Below are positions 1 through 9,930 of a stretch of DNA of 64,000 nucleotides, one piece after another. The notes under the pieces are model-generated. The model was not told the DNA's origin. It saw only the letters and a program-made list of their open reading frames with translations, and made no database searches. Each line of letters opens with the position of its first letter. Within the stretch, counting starts at the first letter, position 1. The stretch is from an uncultured Acidobacteriaceae bacterium. GTDB lineage: Bacteria > Acidobacteriota > Terriglobia > Terriglobales > Acidobacteriaceae. Location: the NCBI GenBank assembly GCA_963697045.1, contig CAVOMO010000001.1, positions 100,444 through 164,443 of the forward strand, read 5' to 3'. The translations under genes and the position numbers were made by a program.

Positions 1-898
1 CGGGGATGCCTAAGGCCGCCGCCAGTTGCATGGGGCCAGTGTCTCCGCCGATGAAGAGCTTGGCGCGCCGCGTCAACGCAATCAATTCTCCGACCGAACA
101 CTTCAACGGCATCGCCACTCTGCCGCTGGAGCTACGTACTGCGTCGGCCAGAGCTTCCTCTCCGGGACCATGGTTGACCAGCACCGCCATGCCACGCTCT
201 ACCAGCGCCCGCGCTACCACGCCGAACGACTCCGGCGGCCAGCACTTTGCCCCCCATCCGGCGCCGGGATTGAGGATTGCCAGCGGCTTACCCACCACAA
301 TTTCAGATTGATGTTCCGCCCACGCTTCGCTGGCGGGATCAACAGGAAATTGCGGCTGAACATATTGCAGAGCTTCGCCTGCAAGCTGCGAAGCCAGAGA
401 GAGCGCGTGCTCGATCACGTGGCGCCCTCTCACGTCGATGGCATGGGTGTAGAACATGCGCGCCGGCGCTTCGCGCGGCTGCGACGACCCAATGCGGATG
501 GCAGCGCCGGTGAAATGCGCCGCCAACGCCGAGCGCATCGCGCCCTGCAGGTCGAGCGCGACCCGGTATTTCCTTGCGCGCACTTCACGCCGGCACGACC
601 CGATTTCGCTCCATGTTTCGCGGGACATCGGTGTCCTGCGCCAACTGGAAAACCTGGCCACATGCACCCAGTCGGCGAGCGGCTTGCGTTCGGAGCGGGC
701 GGAAAGCCGCTCCGAATCACGCGCGCACAGTAACTCCAGCCAGCGTTGTTCCACCAGCCAACCGATTTGCAGATCAGGCTTGGCGCGGCGCAATGCGGCA
801 ATTGCGGGCATCGCGTGGATGATGTCGCCCATCGCACTGAGCCGCACCACCAGAAGCCGGTCCGCCGCGGCGATGGCGGAGCTGTGTTGCGCGAGCAT
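1..898 (-). CDS. Glycosyltransferase family 9 (LPS heptosyltransferase), 3' end cut by window edge
   Basis: Absent from the ORF track because it runs off the window. My minus-strand translation from the ATG at 898 gives MLAQHSSAIAAADRLLVVRLSAMGDIIHAMPAIAALRRAKPDLQIGWLVEQRWLELL... This is the N-terminal R-x-SA-x-GD-x-x-H signature of GT9 heptosyltransferases. It lies directly downstream of hldA/hldC on the same strand. Confidence 0.8.
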   Translation of the reverse strand, partial: MLAQHSSAIAAADRLLVVRLSAMGDIIHAMPAIAALRRAKPDLQIGWLVEQRWLELLCARDSERLSARSERKPLADWVHVARFSSWRRTPMSRETWSEIGSCRREVRARKYRVALDLQGAMRSALAAHFTGAAIRIGSSQPREAPARMFYTHAIDVRGRHVIEHALSLASQLAGEALQYVQPQFPVDPASEAWAEHQSEIVVGKPLAILNPGAGWGAKCWPPESFGVVARALVERGMAVLVNHGPGEEALADAVRSSSGRVAMPLKCSVGELIALTRRAKLFIGGDTGPMQLAAALGIP

Positions 899-930
899 GG
901 GAGTCTGCTCCTCCGGCGATACAGGAGTGC

Positions 931-1434
931 TCACCGTTTTCCACGTCCTCCGCTCCAGGACTGCAGTCGAGTGAGAAAATCGGTAGTGGAATGGTGCTTG
1001 GGATCGCCAACAATCTCGATCCGCCCGCCATGCGCCAAAACCTCGTCGCGCTCGGGAACGCTCTCTGGTGTGTAATCAGTGCCCTTGGCTTGAACGTCGG
1101 GGTGAATCTCTCGAATCAGGGCGCGCACGTCTGCTTCGTCAAAGATAACGACCGCATCCACGTCACTGAGGGCGGCGACGATTTCCGCGCGTTCTGCTGA
1201 CGGCATCAGAGGGCGGCCCGCTCCCTTGAGCTGCGAGACGCTGTGGTCCGAATTCAATGCCACCACCAGCTTTCCTCCCAGCGACTTCGCGCCCCGCAGA
1301 TAGCGGATATGCCCAACGTGCAATAGGTCAAAGCAGCCATTGGCCAGCACAATCGGCTGGCCGCTGCGGCGCCACTCGGCCACGCGCTCTCGCAAAGCAT
1401 CGCGCGAAAGGATTTTTTGTGTGTAGTCGTTCAC
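931..1434 (-). CDS. hldC: D-glycero-beta-D-manno-heptose 1-phosphate adenylyltransferase (HldE domain II equivalent)
   Basis: 167-aa ORF with the cytidylyltransferase-fold motif [14 protein letters not shown]. It has a 4-nt overlap with the upstream kinase gene. Confidence 0.9.
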   Translation of the reverse strand: MNDYTQKILSRDALRERVAEWRRSGQPIVLANGCFDLLHVGHIRYLRGAKSLGGKLVVALNSDHSVSQLKGAGRPLMPSAERAEIVAALSDVDAVVIFDEADVRALIREIHPDVQAKGTDYTPESVPERDEVLAHGGRIEIVGDPKHHSTTDFLTRLQSWSGGRGKR

Positions 1435-2465
1435 GAAGATGTAGTTGCCGCATACTGGTCGATGGCAGCCATTAATTCCTCGTTCGATACCGTCGCCGTG
1501 CCGCGCTTCATCACTACGATGCCACCCGCGAAATTGGCCAGCCGTGTTGCCGACGCGGTATCAGCCCCGGCCGCCAGCGCCGCGGTGAAGGTCGCGATTA
1601 CGGTGTCTCCTGCGCCGGTCACATCCACCACCTGGTCGGAACCGTGGATGGGCAGGACGAGCGGTGGCGCACCTTTCTCGAACGCAACCATGCCATGACG
1701 GCCACGCGTTATCACCAGCGACTCCAGTGCCATCTCCTGCATCAGTCGCTCGCCGGCGCTGAACAGTTTGCTCTCGTCATGACCAATCTTGATGCCCAGC
1801 GCCTCTTCCACCTCCGGCTCATTGGGCGTGGCCGCGGTAACGCCCTCATAGGCGAGCATGCGATAGCGCGAATCGAGAGTGACCGGCTTGCCGGCCAGAC
1901 AGCGGTTCGACTTGATGAAGTTCAGCAGCCTGGGTGAGGCCGCACCGTATCCATAGTCGGAAATCAGGAATGCATCCGAAGCCGTTGCATATTCACGCGC
2001 CGCGTTCACCAGATTCAACAAGACGGGATGCAATTCGCCCAAGGGTTCCGGTTCGCGGTCCACGCGAACCACCTGCTGCCGGCTGGTGTGTGACATGCCG
2101 GCCAAGATGCGACTCTTGGTGGTAGTCGTGTGATGCTTGACCCGCTCGATGCCGCTGGTAGGAATTCTCTTCTCGTGCAATCTTTCCAGCAGCAAGCTGC
2201 CGACGTCGTCATCGCCCACCACCCCAACGGGAAGAACATTGACGCCCAGGGAAGCGAGGTTCATCACCGCATTGCCCCCGCCGCCGGGAACGACACAGCG
2301 TTCGCGATGCTTCAGGATCAACACTGGCGCTTCACGTGACACCCGCGCGATCTCACCAAAGATGAATTCGTCGGCCACCAGATCGGCGAGCACGGTGACC
2401 GAAACGTCGCCGAATGACTGGACGACCTTCCTCCAGCGCTCCGCGGCTTTTAGGTGTCTGGTCAT
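1431..2465 (-). CDS. hldA: D-glycero-beta-D-manno-heptose 7-phosphate kinase (PfkB family, HldE domain I equivalent)
   Basis: 344-aa ORF. PfkB sugar-kinase motifs are present (GGGGNA near the N-terminus, DVTGAGDTV near the C-terminus). It is coupled to hldC. Confidence 0.9.
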   Translation of the reverse strand: MTRHLKAAERWRKVVQSFGDVSVTVLADLVADEFIFGEIARVSREAPVLILKHRERCVVPGGGGNAVMNLASLGVNVLPVGVVGDDDVGSLLLERLHEKRIPTSGIERVKHHTTTTKSRILAGMSHTSRQQVVRVDREPEPLGELHPVLLNLVNAAREYATASDAFLISDYGYGAASPRLLNFIKSNRCLAGKPVTLDSRYRMLAYEGVTAATPNEPEVEEALGIKIGHDESKLFSAGERLMQEMALESLVITRGRHGMVAFEKGAPPLVLPIHGSDQVVDVTGAGDTVIATFTAALAAGADTASATRLANFAGGIVVMKRGTATVSNEELMAAIDQYAATTSS

Positions 2466-2526
2466 GAGTTCAAATGAACGCCCGACGCTTAGAGCAGGTC
2501 CAGTGTTGCATTAGCACGGGGAGTGC

Positions 2527-2591
2527 GGGCCTTCAGGCCCTCGTTAACTTGGTCCGCGCAATTCCCGCTGAACGCAGGCCTAAAGGCCTGC
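2527..2591. repeat. Two GC-rich tetraloop hairpins (GGGCC-TTCA-GGCCC at 2527-2540; GCAGGCC-TAAA-GGCCTGC at 2574-2591)
   Basis: Perfect short inverted repeats read directly in the lpxK-hldA intergenic region. Same style as the hairpins at 41768-41914 and 24142-24165. Confidence 0.6.
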
Positions 2592-2671
2592 TCTACCCGT
2601 GCAAACCGGATCCACCAATCCTGGAACCACCTTAATTCGAGCCACCAGGCGTGCGGCAACCGTTGATTGTC

Positions 2672-3619
2672 TCACGCGGGCCGCCGCTTTCGCTCACTGA
2701 CCGTGGCCAGTATGAACTCCAGGACGGCAGACGCATTATGCAATCGCATTCTCACCGGAACCACATGAATGGGTTGCAGCGCTTCCAGGCGCCCCTCGAG
2801 GTTGACTGCGTCTTTCTCGGTGGTGACGAACGCCTTGGCGCCGCGCTGCTTGCGCAGTTGCAGCAGTTGGCGGATGTCCTCTGTCGAATACCGATGATGG
2901 TCGCGAAAGCTGCTGGTGCCGGCGAGCATAACTCCCGCCGCGCGCAATTGGGCCACAAAGTTCAGCGGACGCGCGATGCCACAAAACGCAAGACACGATT
3001 CGTCGGTCTGGGGAGCGACAATGTCGCGCGTCACTCTCCACACTTGCTGGCGCCCCAGGCGCAGACCGTCGCCTGCCGTGTCATTGGTCAGCACGATCGC
3101 ATCCGCGCGCGTCAGCGAAGAGAGCGGCTCGCGCAGCCTGCCGGTTGGAAGCAGTGAATCCCGCGCGTCGCCGGGCGAGGCCAGCACGATGTCGAATTCA
3201 CGCGCCAGCCGGCGATGCTGGAAGCCATCATCCAGCAGGTGCAACCGCGGACCAAATTTCTCCTCAGCCAATCGGCCGGCGGCGTATCGGTCCTCGCCGA
3301 CGACCACGGGCACCCCCAACTTCCGCGCGATGAGCAGAGGTTCATCGCCATATTTTCGTGGAGATCCCCCAGGATCGACCATCATTGTCCCCCTCGTCAG
3401 GCGCCCGTAGCCCCGCGAGAGTACATCGCACGGAATGCCCTGCTTTTTCAGTAACTCGCCCAGCAAAATCAGGAACGGCGTCTTGCCTGAACCGCCAACC
3501 GTGATATTGCCAATACTTACCACCGGCCCTTGCAGATGGCTGAGGGTCAGAGTGCCGCGGTCGTACAGTTCATTGCGGGTGCGGACGGCCGCGCCATAGA
3601 GTGCGGCAAGCGGATTCAT
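2672..3619 (-). CDS. lpxK: Tetraacyldisaccharide 4'-kinase
   Basis: 315-aa ORF with the P-loop GNITVGGSGKTP characteristic of LpxK. It has a 4-nt overlap with waaA. Confidence 0.9.
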   Translation of the reverse strand: MNPLAALYGAAVRTRNELYDRGTLTLSHLQGPVVSIGNITVGGSGKTPFLILLGELLKKQGIPCDVLSRGYGRLTRGTMMVDPGGSPRKYGDEPLLIARKLGVPVVVGEDRYAAGRLAEEKFGPRLHLLDDGFQHRRLAREFDIVLASPGDARDSLLPTGRLREPLSSLTRADAIVLTNDTAGDGLRLGRQQVWRVTRDIVAPQTDESCLAFCGIARPLNFVAQLRAAGVMLAGTSSFRDHHRYSTEDIRQLLQLRKQRGAKAFVTTEKDAVNLEGRLEALQPIHVVPVRMRLHNASAVLEFILATVSERKRRPA

Positions 3620-4932
3620 AGGCGCCGCTCCGAGATCATTGCCGGCCCCAGAGCGCCTTGTTCTGACAACAACTCCAGCAGCGCGCTCACGGTGCGCCCG
3701 GTTGCTCCGCGTTGCGAGCGCATGACTTCGAATGCCCGCTGCCCAAGCGCAATGCGCTCGTCGTGGTTCTCCAGCAATTGCAGCACGGCCGCGGTCAATG
3801 ACTCTGGAGCGATTACGCGCAAAGCATCTGCGTTGCGGAAGACCTGGACGATGTCGCGGAAATTTTCCGTGTAGGGACCAACCATAATCGGCGCTCCGAA
3901 CTGGGCCGCCTCCAGTACATTGTGTCCGCCGCGCGGCACCAGGCTTCCGCCAACGAATGCCAGATCGGCAAACTCATACAGGCTGGCCAACTCGCCAATG
4001 TTGTCGAGCAGGAAAATGCCTCCCGCGATGGGTGTCGTTTCCTTCCATTGCGAGCGCCTCTGGTAACGCAGGCCGGATAGGCCTAACAGCGATGCCACCA
4101 CCTCGAAACGCTCAGGATGCCGAGGGGCCATCACCAACACCGTATGAGGATAACGTGGCAACACCTCACGGAACATCTCCAGCAGCATGGCCTCTTCGCC
4201 ATCGAGAGTACTGCCCGCCACCAGGAACGGACCGTTCCCTTCGCGCTTCAGGGCGGCGAATGCCGCTGCAATGGGCGGCCGGGCCGGCGGCTTCACTTCG
4301 AACTTCAGATTTCCGCTGACCTGCAGCCGCTCGGTGGGCGCTCCCATCCGAACCAGGCGGCGTGCGTCTTCCTCACTTTGTGCCAGGAAGAGCTGCACGT
4401 TTTGCATTACTGGACGCAGTAATTTCTGAAATCGTAGGTATCTGGGCAATGAGCGGTCAGAAACGCGGGCATTGACCACCGCCACCGCCACACCCGAGAG
4501 CCGCGCCCAGCGCAGCAGATTCGGCCAGAATTCGCTTTCGGCCAGCACCAGCAACTTGGGACGCAGCGCCTTCAGGTAAGCGCGCACCGCAAAAGGCAGG
4601 TCAATGGGAAAATAAAAAACGTTGGTGTCGCCGAAGCGCTCATGCGCCAGCTTCTGTCCCGTGTCGGTCGTGGTAGAAACCACGATGCGCCAGCCGGGCA
4701 ACTGCGTCTTCAACTCGTGGATCACTCGCGAGATCGCCAGCACCTCGCCGACGGACACGGCGTGGATCCAAATCGTGTTAGCCGCGACCTGTTGGAGCAG
4801 CCGGTCGGGGACTGTGCCCAGACGCTCTTTCAAGCCAACGCGGTACTTGCCGTGGCGCAGCATCTCCAGCAGCCACCAGGGTGCGCTCACCACCAGTGCC
4901 AATAGCAGAAGAATGCTGTACAGGGAATACAC
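3616..4932 (-). CDS. waaA: 3-deoxy-D-manno-octulosonic acid (Kdo) transferase
   Basis: 438-aa ORF with an N-terminal membrane anchor and an IWIHAVSVGE motif. The GT30 Kdo-transferase layout and the position upstream of lpxK both fit. Confidence 0.9.
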   Translation of the reverse strand: MYSLYSILLLLALVVSAPWWLLEMLRHGKYRVGLKERLGTVPDRLLQQVAANTIWIHAVSVGEVLAISRVIHELKTQLPGWRIVVSTTTDTGQKLAHERFGDTNVFYFPIDLPFAVRAYLKALRPKLLVLAESEFWPNLLRWARLSGVAVAVVNARVSDRSLPRYLRFQKLLRPVMQNVQLFLAQSEEDARRLVRMGAPTERLQVSGNLKFEVKPPARPPIAAAFAALKREGNGPFLVAGSTLDGEEAMLLEMFREVLPRYPHTVLVMAPRHPERFEVVASLLGLSGLRYQRRSQWKETTPIAGGIFLLDNIGELASLYEFADLAFVGGSLVPRGGHNVLEAAQFGAPIMVGPYTENFRDIVQVFRNADALRVIAPESLTAAVLQLLENHDERIALGQRAFEVMRSQRGATGRTVSALLELLSEQGALGPAMISERRL

Positions 4933-5014
4933 GCTGCGATTGTAATTGCGTCACCACGATCATCCAACTCTTAGCCAAGTTGAGTGCAGCCTGCCGATAG
5001 CGGATAATTCCGCT

Positions 5015-5683
5015 ATGCCGTCACCATATCGGTTCTTGCTTTGCCTTGCCACCCTGACCATCCTGTTCTCATCTGCGACGCTTTGGGGGTCCAAGGACTT
5101 CGTTCCTCCCAAGGCCAGTAACGCAAATACCTATGCCAGCAAGGACACGCACCCCAACGAGCACATCACCGCTGCGGTGGACTTGTACAACAACTCTCCG
5201 AAGGCTGACATCTTTATCACGCACTTCAGCGATGAAGGCATACTTCCCGTGTTCCTGATTGTCACCAACGATGGGGACCAGCCGATCTCTGTGAATAGCA
5301 TGCACGCGGAGATGGTGACCGGCCACCGTAACAAGCTGGAAGCGCTCGACGTGGACGACGTTCTGCGCCGGGTGGCGCATATCAGGGGAAACAGCACCAA
5401 TCCCAACCCCCACGCTGGGCCCATCCCGCTTCCCGGAGGAGTGAAGAACAAGAAAGCGCAGCAGCAGTACGAGGAGATCACGCGCGCGAAATTCACCGCT
5501 GCGGCGGTCGAGCCGCATTCCACTCAGTCGGGCTTTCTGTTCTTCGATGTGCAGGGATTGAGCCAACCAGTGGACGGTGCGCACATCTTTCTCACCGGGA
5601 TGCGCAACAGTAATGGCAACGAGTTGATGTACTTCGAAATCGCACTGACTCCGTCGAACCCGGCGCCGCAGGGAGCAAAGTAA
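5015..5683 (+). CDS. Hypothetical secreted protein
   Basis: The ORF track gives 4946..5683. I prefer the ATG at 5015, which gives the signal-like N-terminus MPSPYRFLLCLATLTILFSSATLWG. The opposite-strand ORF 5069..5794 is Arg-rich shadow sequence. Confidence 0.6.
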   Translation: MPSPYRFLLCLATLTILFSSATLWGSKDFVPPKASNANTYASKDTHPNEHITAAVDLYNNSPKADIFITHFSDEGILPVFLIVTNDGDQPISVNSMHAEMVTGHRNKLEALDVDDVLRRVAHIRGNSTNPNPHAGPIPLPGGVKNKKAQQQYEEITRAKFTAAAVEPHSTQSGFLFFDVQGLSQPVDGAHIFLTGMRNSNGNELMYFEIALTPSNPAPQGAK

Positions 5684-5722
5684 GCAGGAAGTCGACTCAG
5701 CGCCGCCCGTTATAATCACATC

Positions 5723-7195
5723 ATGGTCGCACCTCCGGAAGCCCCGGTCGCAACGCAGTCCAGGTACGAGCCGGTCATTGGGTTGGAGGTCCACGTCCAG
5801 CTTCTGACCCGCACGAAAATCTTCTGCGGCTGTTCGACCCGCTTCGGCGATCCGCCGAATACCAACGTCTGTCCGGTGTGTCTTGGGTTGCCCGGGCCCC
5901 TACCGGTGTTGAACCGGCGGGCGGTAGAGTTTGCGGTGCTGGCCGCGACGGCGCTTAACTGCAAAATCAACCAGACGTTGATCTTTGCGCGTAAAAACTA
6001 TTTCTATCCCGACCTGCCCAAGGGCTACCAGATTTCGCAGTACGACAAGCCCCTGGCCGAACATGGTTACATCGAAATCAAGGGCGCGACCGGCCCCAAG
6101 CGGATCGGCATCACGCGCGTGCATTTGGAAGAAGACGCCGGCAAGAGCATCCACGATGGCCTTCCCGACAGCGCCGAGTGGACGTCGATTGATCTGAACC
6201 GCTCCGGGGTACCGTTGATTGAGATTGTGAGCGAGCCCGATATTGCTTCGCCTGACGAAGCTCACGAATACCTCACGCGGCTGAAGGAGATCATCCTTTA
6301 CACCGGGGTCAGCGACTGCAACATGGAGGAAGGCTCGCTGCGCTGCGACGCTAATGTCAGCATTCGGCCGCGGGGAGAAAATAAGTTCGGCACCAAGGCG
6401 GAGGTGAAGAACGTCAACTCTTTCCGCTTTATCCGCCACGCACTGGAATACGAGATCGAACGGCACCAGCAAGTGCTGGACTCCGGCGGTAAGATCGTGC
6501 AGGAGACGCGCCTTTACAACTCCGCCGAAGGCAAGACCTACAGTATGCGGTCGAAAGAACAGGCGCACGATTACCGCTACTTCCCCGAGCCTGACTTGTT
6601 GCCGCTGGTGGTGGATGAGAAGTGGCGCAAGCAGATCACGGACATGATGCCCGAACTGCCGGCAGCCCGGCGGGCGCGGATGGTTGTGCAGTATGGCATC
6701 ACCGAGTATGACGCCACGACCCTGACCGGCACTCGCTCGCTGGCCGATCAGTTTGAAGAAGCAGCCAAGGCCGCGAAGAATCCCAAGCGCGTGTCCAACC
6801 TGGTGCAGAGCGAATTGCTTGGGCGCCTGAAGGCTGCGGGGCTGGAGATCGAGCAGTCGCCGATTTCAATGAAGGGCGTCGCCATGTCGGCTGACCTTGT
6901 GGAGAGCGGCGCCATCAGCGGGAAGATGCTCAAGGAGTTGTACGATCTGGCCTTCGAGCGTGGCGAGGATTTCCCCGCCGTCTTCGAAAAGGAAAAGCCG
7001 CAACAGCTTAGCGATACTGCCGCCATAGAGAAGATCATTGACGAGGTGATAGCTGCCAATCCCAAGCAGTTGGAGCAGTATCGCGCAGGCAAGAAGACGG
7101 TGATCGGATTCTTTGTCGGTCAGGTGATGAAGGTATCAAAGGGACAGGCCAATCCAGCGATGGTGAATGAGCTTCTGGCCAAGAAGCTGGAATAG
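5723..7195 (+). CDS. gatB: Asp-tRNA(Asn)/Glu-tRNA(Gln) amidotransferase subunit B
   Basis: 490-aa ORF with the N-terminal YEPVIGLEVHVQL motif and a C-terminal GatB/YqeY tail (GFFVGQVMK...G.ANP). Confidence 0.95.
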   Translation: MVAPPEAPVATQSRYEPVIGLEVHVQLLTRTKIFCGCSTRFGDPPNTNVCPVCLGLPGPLPVLNRRAVEFAVLAATALNCKINQTLIFARKNYFYPDLPKGYQISQYDKPLAEHGYIEIKGATGPKRIGITRVHLEEDAGKSIHDGLPDSAEWTSIDLNRSGVPLIEIVSEPDIASPDEAHEYLTRLKEIILYTGVSDCNMEEGSLRCDANVSIRPRGENKFGTKAEVKNVNSFRFIRHALEYEIERHQQVLDSGGKIVQETRLYNSAEGKTYSMRSKEQAHDYRYFPEPDLLPLVVDEKWRKQITDMMPELPAARRARMVVQYGITEYDATTLTGTRSLADQFEEAAKAAKNPKRVSNLVQSELLGRLKAAGLEIEQSPISMKGVAMSADLVESGAISGKMLKELYDLAFERGEDFPAVFEKEKPQQLSDTAAIEKIIDEVIAANPKQLEQYRAGKKTVIGFFVGQVMKVSKGQANPAMVNELLAKKLE

Positions 7196-7344
7196 TCCGC
7201 AGCCAACCTGGAACTATTTAGGCGGCTGCGGGATCCTCGCAGAACGTTGACAGGCAATTCAACACCAGATCGCCCGCATCCGAGATACGGCATCGGCAGA
7301 CAAACGGATTGCAGAGCCTGGGATTTGTTACCCTGTTAGCTTCC

Positions 7345-8442
7345 ATGAGATTGCAGCTCTATCGGCTGTGCGGAAGTTTGCTTCTGGTCGCGGCGCTCTC
7401 CGGGTGCGGAACCCCTGGGGCGCCGCAACCACCGTCGTTGCAACTGGCGCGTCCGGTTGACGACTTGACCGCCTCGCGCAAGGGCAATCGCGTCGAACTG
7501 GACTGGTCGCTGCAGCGCAAGAATACCGATCGAACCCTGGTCAAGCATCTGCCCGCAATCCACATCTGCCGTCGCCAAGGCACCGGGCTAATGAGCACCT
7601 GTGACGTAGTCGCCGAAGTTTCTCCGCCTCAGCATCCGCCCCAGCCCAAAAACAAGAAGGAGGAGGAAGCTGCAATTCGGATGCGCTACGTGGATTCGCT
7701 TCCGGCGCAGTTAGGCCAGGAGAATCCGGCGGACTTCGTCACCTATGCGGTAGAAGAGGTCAACTCCCACGGACGCAGCGCCGGACTGTCCAATCAGGTG
7801 CCGATTCCGGTGGCCCCGACCATCCCCGCCCCCGGGGAGTTGACGGCGCGAGTTAGCGGCGAAGGCGTCCGGATCTCCTGGTCCGGCCCCGCTCCACCTG
7901 CGGCCCCGAAAGGACTGAACTTTCGCTACCGCATCACGCGTAAACCAGTTGGCGCGCCCGCCTATACGGTATTGGCCGACGTAGAACCTGCCGCCAGCGG
8001 ATCGTATCTGGACAAAGCTTCCGAATGGGAGCAGAGGTACCAATATCGCATCACCACGCTTACGCAGGTCGATTCGCACGGTATTAATACCGCGGTCGAG
8101 GGCGACGATTCACAGCCGGTTGAGGTCTTCACGCGTGACGTTTATCCGCCGGGTCAGCCCGCCGGACTTCAGGCGGTTTTCTCCAGCGTGGGGCAGAAGC
8201 CCTTCATCGATCTCACCTGGGCCCCCAACCTGGAGAGCGATCTTGCCGGGTACAACATCTTCCGGCGCGTCGAGGGCGGGGAGTTTAGAAAGCTCAATCA
8301 GCAACTGGTTTCGAACTCATCCTTCCGGGACGAGAATGTCGAGGCTGGCAAGAAATATATTTATTCGGTCTCGGCTGTGGACCTGCGGGGCAACGAGAGC
8401 CAACGCTCCGCCGAGGCCAGTGAATCCGTTCCTGACAAATAA
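7345..8442 (+). CDS. Lipoprotein with fibronectin type III-like repeats
   Basis: The ATG at 7345 gives MRLQLYRLCGSLLLVAALSGC, which contains a lipobox. The remainder is beta-rich with FN3-like segments (e.g. PGQPAGLQAVFS...IDLTWAPNLESDLAGYNIFR). Confidence 0.7.
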   Translation: MRLQLYRLCGSLLLVAALSGCGTPGAPQPPSLQLARPVDDLTASRKGNRVELDWSLQRKNTDRTLVKHLPAIHICRRQGTGLMSTCDVVAEVSPPQHPPQPKNKKEEEAAIRMRYVDSLPAQLGQENPADFVTYAVEEVNSHGRSAGLSNQVPIPVAPTIPAPGELTARVSGEGVRISWSGPAPPAAPKGLNFRYRITRKPVGAPAYTVLADVEPAASGSYLDKASEWEQRYQYRITTLTQVDSHGINTAVEGDDSQPVEVFTRDVYPPGQPAGLQAVFSSVGQKPFIDLTWAPNLESDLAGYNIFRRVEGGEFRKLNQQLVSNSSFRDENVEAGKKYIYSVSAVDLRGNESQRSAEASESVPDK

Positions 8443-8459
8443 AAACCCTTCGAGGCCTT

Positions 8460-9254
8460 ATGTCCTACTGCCGATTTCAATATCAGAACGTCATCCGCTA
8501 CGGGCTCATCGAGAAGATGGCCGGCGTCGAGACCATCACTCGCACAATGGCTGGAGCTCCGGCTTCCTGGTCTGACTTTGAGGGCGCTGTGCGCAGCGAG
8601 GTGCCTGTGAGCGAAACTCGTTTACTGTCGCCAGTGGAACCGTCGAAGGTGGTTTGCATCGGGCGGAACTATCGCGAGCACGCTATCGAGCTAAAACATC
8701 CGATTCCCAAGGAGCCTTTGATCTTTCTGAAGCCGCCTTCCTCCGTGATTGCCACGGGCGACAACATTCGCCGGCCCAACATGCTCTCCCAGCGCGTGGA
8801 CCACGAAGGCGAACTGGGAGTGGTGATCGGCAGGCGCTGTTACCGCTTGCGCCAGGGGGATGATGTGCGGCCTTACGTCCTTGGCTACACCTGCGTGAAC
8901 GATGTGACCGCGCGCGACCTGCAGGAAAAAGACGGTCAGTGGACCCGGGCGAAGGGCTTCGACACTTTTTGTCCCGTGGGCCCAGTGGTGGTACCGGACC
9001 TCGATCCCTGGAAGGGCGTCACCGTTCAAACCCGCGTAAATGGTCAGTTGCGGCAGAACGGCACCACGGTGGACTTCCTGTTTCCGCTTGACGTAATCAT
9101 TCACTTCATTTCGCAGGTTATGACGCTCGAACCCGGTGACCTGATTGCCACCGGAACTCCCGCTGGCGTGGGGCCGTTACAACCGGGAGACTCCGTCGAA
9201 GTCACTGTGGAGGGAGTTGGTACCCTGAAGAATCCCGTACTGGACCTCGAATAG
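8460..9254 (+). CDS. Fumarylacetoacetate hydrolase (FAH) family protein
   Basis: 264-aa ORF with FAH-fold motifs GRNYREHA, HEGELGVVIG and PGDLIATGTPAGVG. Confidence 0.85.
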   Translation: MSYCRFQYQNVIRYGLIEKMAGVETITRTMAGAPASWSDFEGAVRSEVPVSETRLLSPVEPSKVVCIGRNYREHAIELKHPIPKEPLIFLKPPSSVIATGDNIRRPNMLSQRVDHEGELGVVIGRRCYRLRQGDDVRPYVLGYTCVNDVTARDLQEKDGQWTRAKGFDTFCPVGPVVVPDLDPWKGVTVQTRVNGQLRQNGTTVDFLFPLDVIIHFISQVMTLEPGDLIATGTPAGVGPLQPGDSVEVTVEGVGTLKNPVLDLE

Positions 9255-9303
9255 TTCGCAGGTTGCAAATGACACTGTCCCGCTCGGGATGCGAGCAGAG
9301 GTG

Positions 9304-9338
9304 GGCCGTATGCGAATTCAGGATTATGGCCGTTTTTT
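9304..9338 (+). terminator. Possible Rho-independent terminator after the FAH gene
   Basis: GGCCGTA (9304-9310) pairs with TATGGCC (9325-9331), including one G-T wobble. A T-run follows at 9333-9338. Confidence 0.35.
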
Positions 9339-9401
9339 GATACGCCGCGGCGCCCTTCGCGATTATCTTTGGGCAAGAACCAGCGAAACCAGCGGCCAGC
9401 C

Positions 9402-9845
9402 ATGAATGCACTTCGCCTGTATCCAGCCCTCGCCATCGCGGCCGCCATCGTTGGCTACGCCCTGTTCTCACGCCGGAACAAGAAGTCGGCTGAGGAGGTT
9501 GAACGCGAGCGTCGGACCCAACTCACGCTGGCTGGGCGGATTATCGTCGGCAACGTCATTGATGTGCTGGAGCTAGAGGACAGTGAATCAGGCAGGCTGA
9601 TGCTTCTGTTGGTCTACAAGTACGATGTCGCCGGCGTAACCTACGAGGCATCGCAGGATGTGACCCATCTGCGTCAGCTTATCGACCTGTATTCCTGTCG
9701 CCTGGGCTTGCCGGCTTCGGTCAAGTATGATCCCCACAATCCTGGAGATTCAGTCGTTATCTCCGAAACCTGGACGGGATTGCGAAAATCGCCTCTTCGC
9801 GTGACGGCTGGAAACGCCACTGGGTCCGGCACTTTGAGGAACTAG
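9402..9845 (+). CDS. Membrane-anchored hypothetical protein (DUF3592-like)
   Basis: The ATG at 9402 gives MNALRLYPALAIAAAIVGYALF as a TM segment, followed by a beta-rich domain with YKYDVAGVTYEASQ and VKYDPHNPGDSV. This recalls DUF3592 proteins. Confidence 0.55.
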   Translation: MNALRLYPALAIAAAIVGYALFSRRNKKSAEEVERERRTQLTLAGRIIVGNVIDVLELEDSESGRLMLLLVYKYDVAGVTYEASQDVTHLRQLIDLYSCRLGLPASVKYDPHNPGDSVVISETWTGLRKSPLRVTAGNATGSGTLRN

Positions 9846-9930
9846 TCCGCTGCGTCCATCTGGATAGAGCCGCGGCTTGCAACAATTCGTTACCTCGGCC
9901 TCCATAGCCGAGTTGCTACAATAGGCTTTT

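Noticed and set aside
26-974. Several plus-strand ORFs (26..733, 277..513, 456..974) at the window start
   Set aside because: The minus strand here translates cleanly into a GT9 heptosyltransferase. The plus-strand ORFs are shadows.
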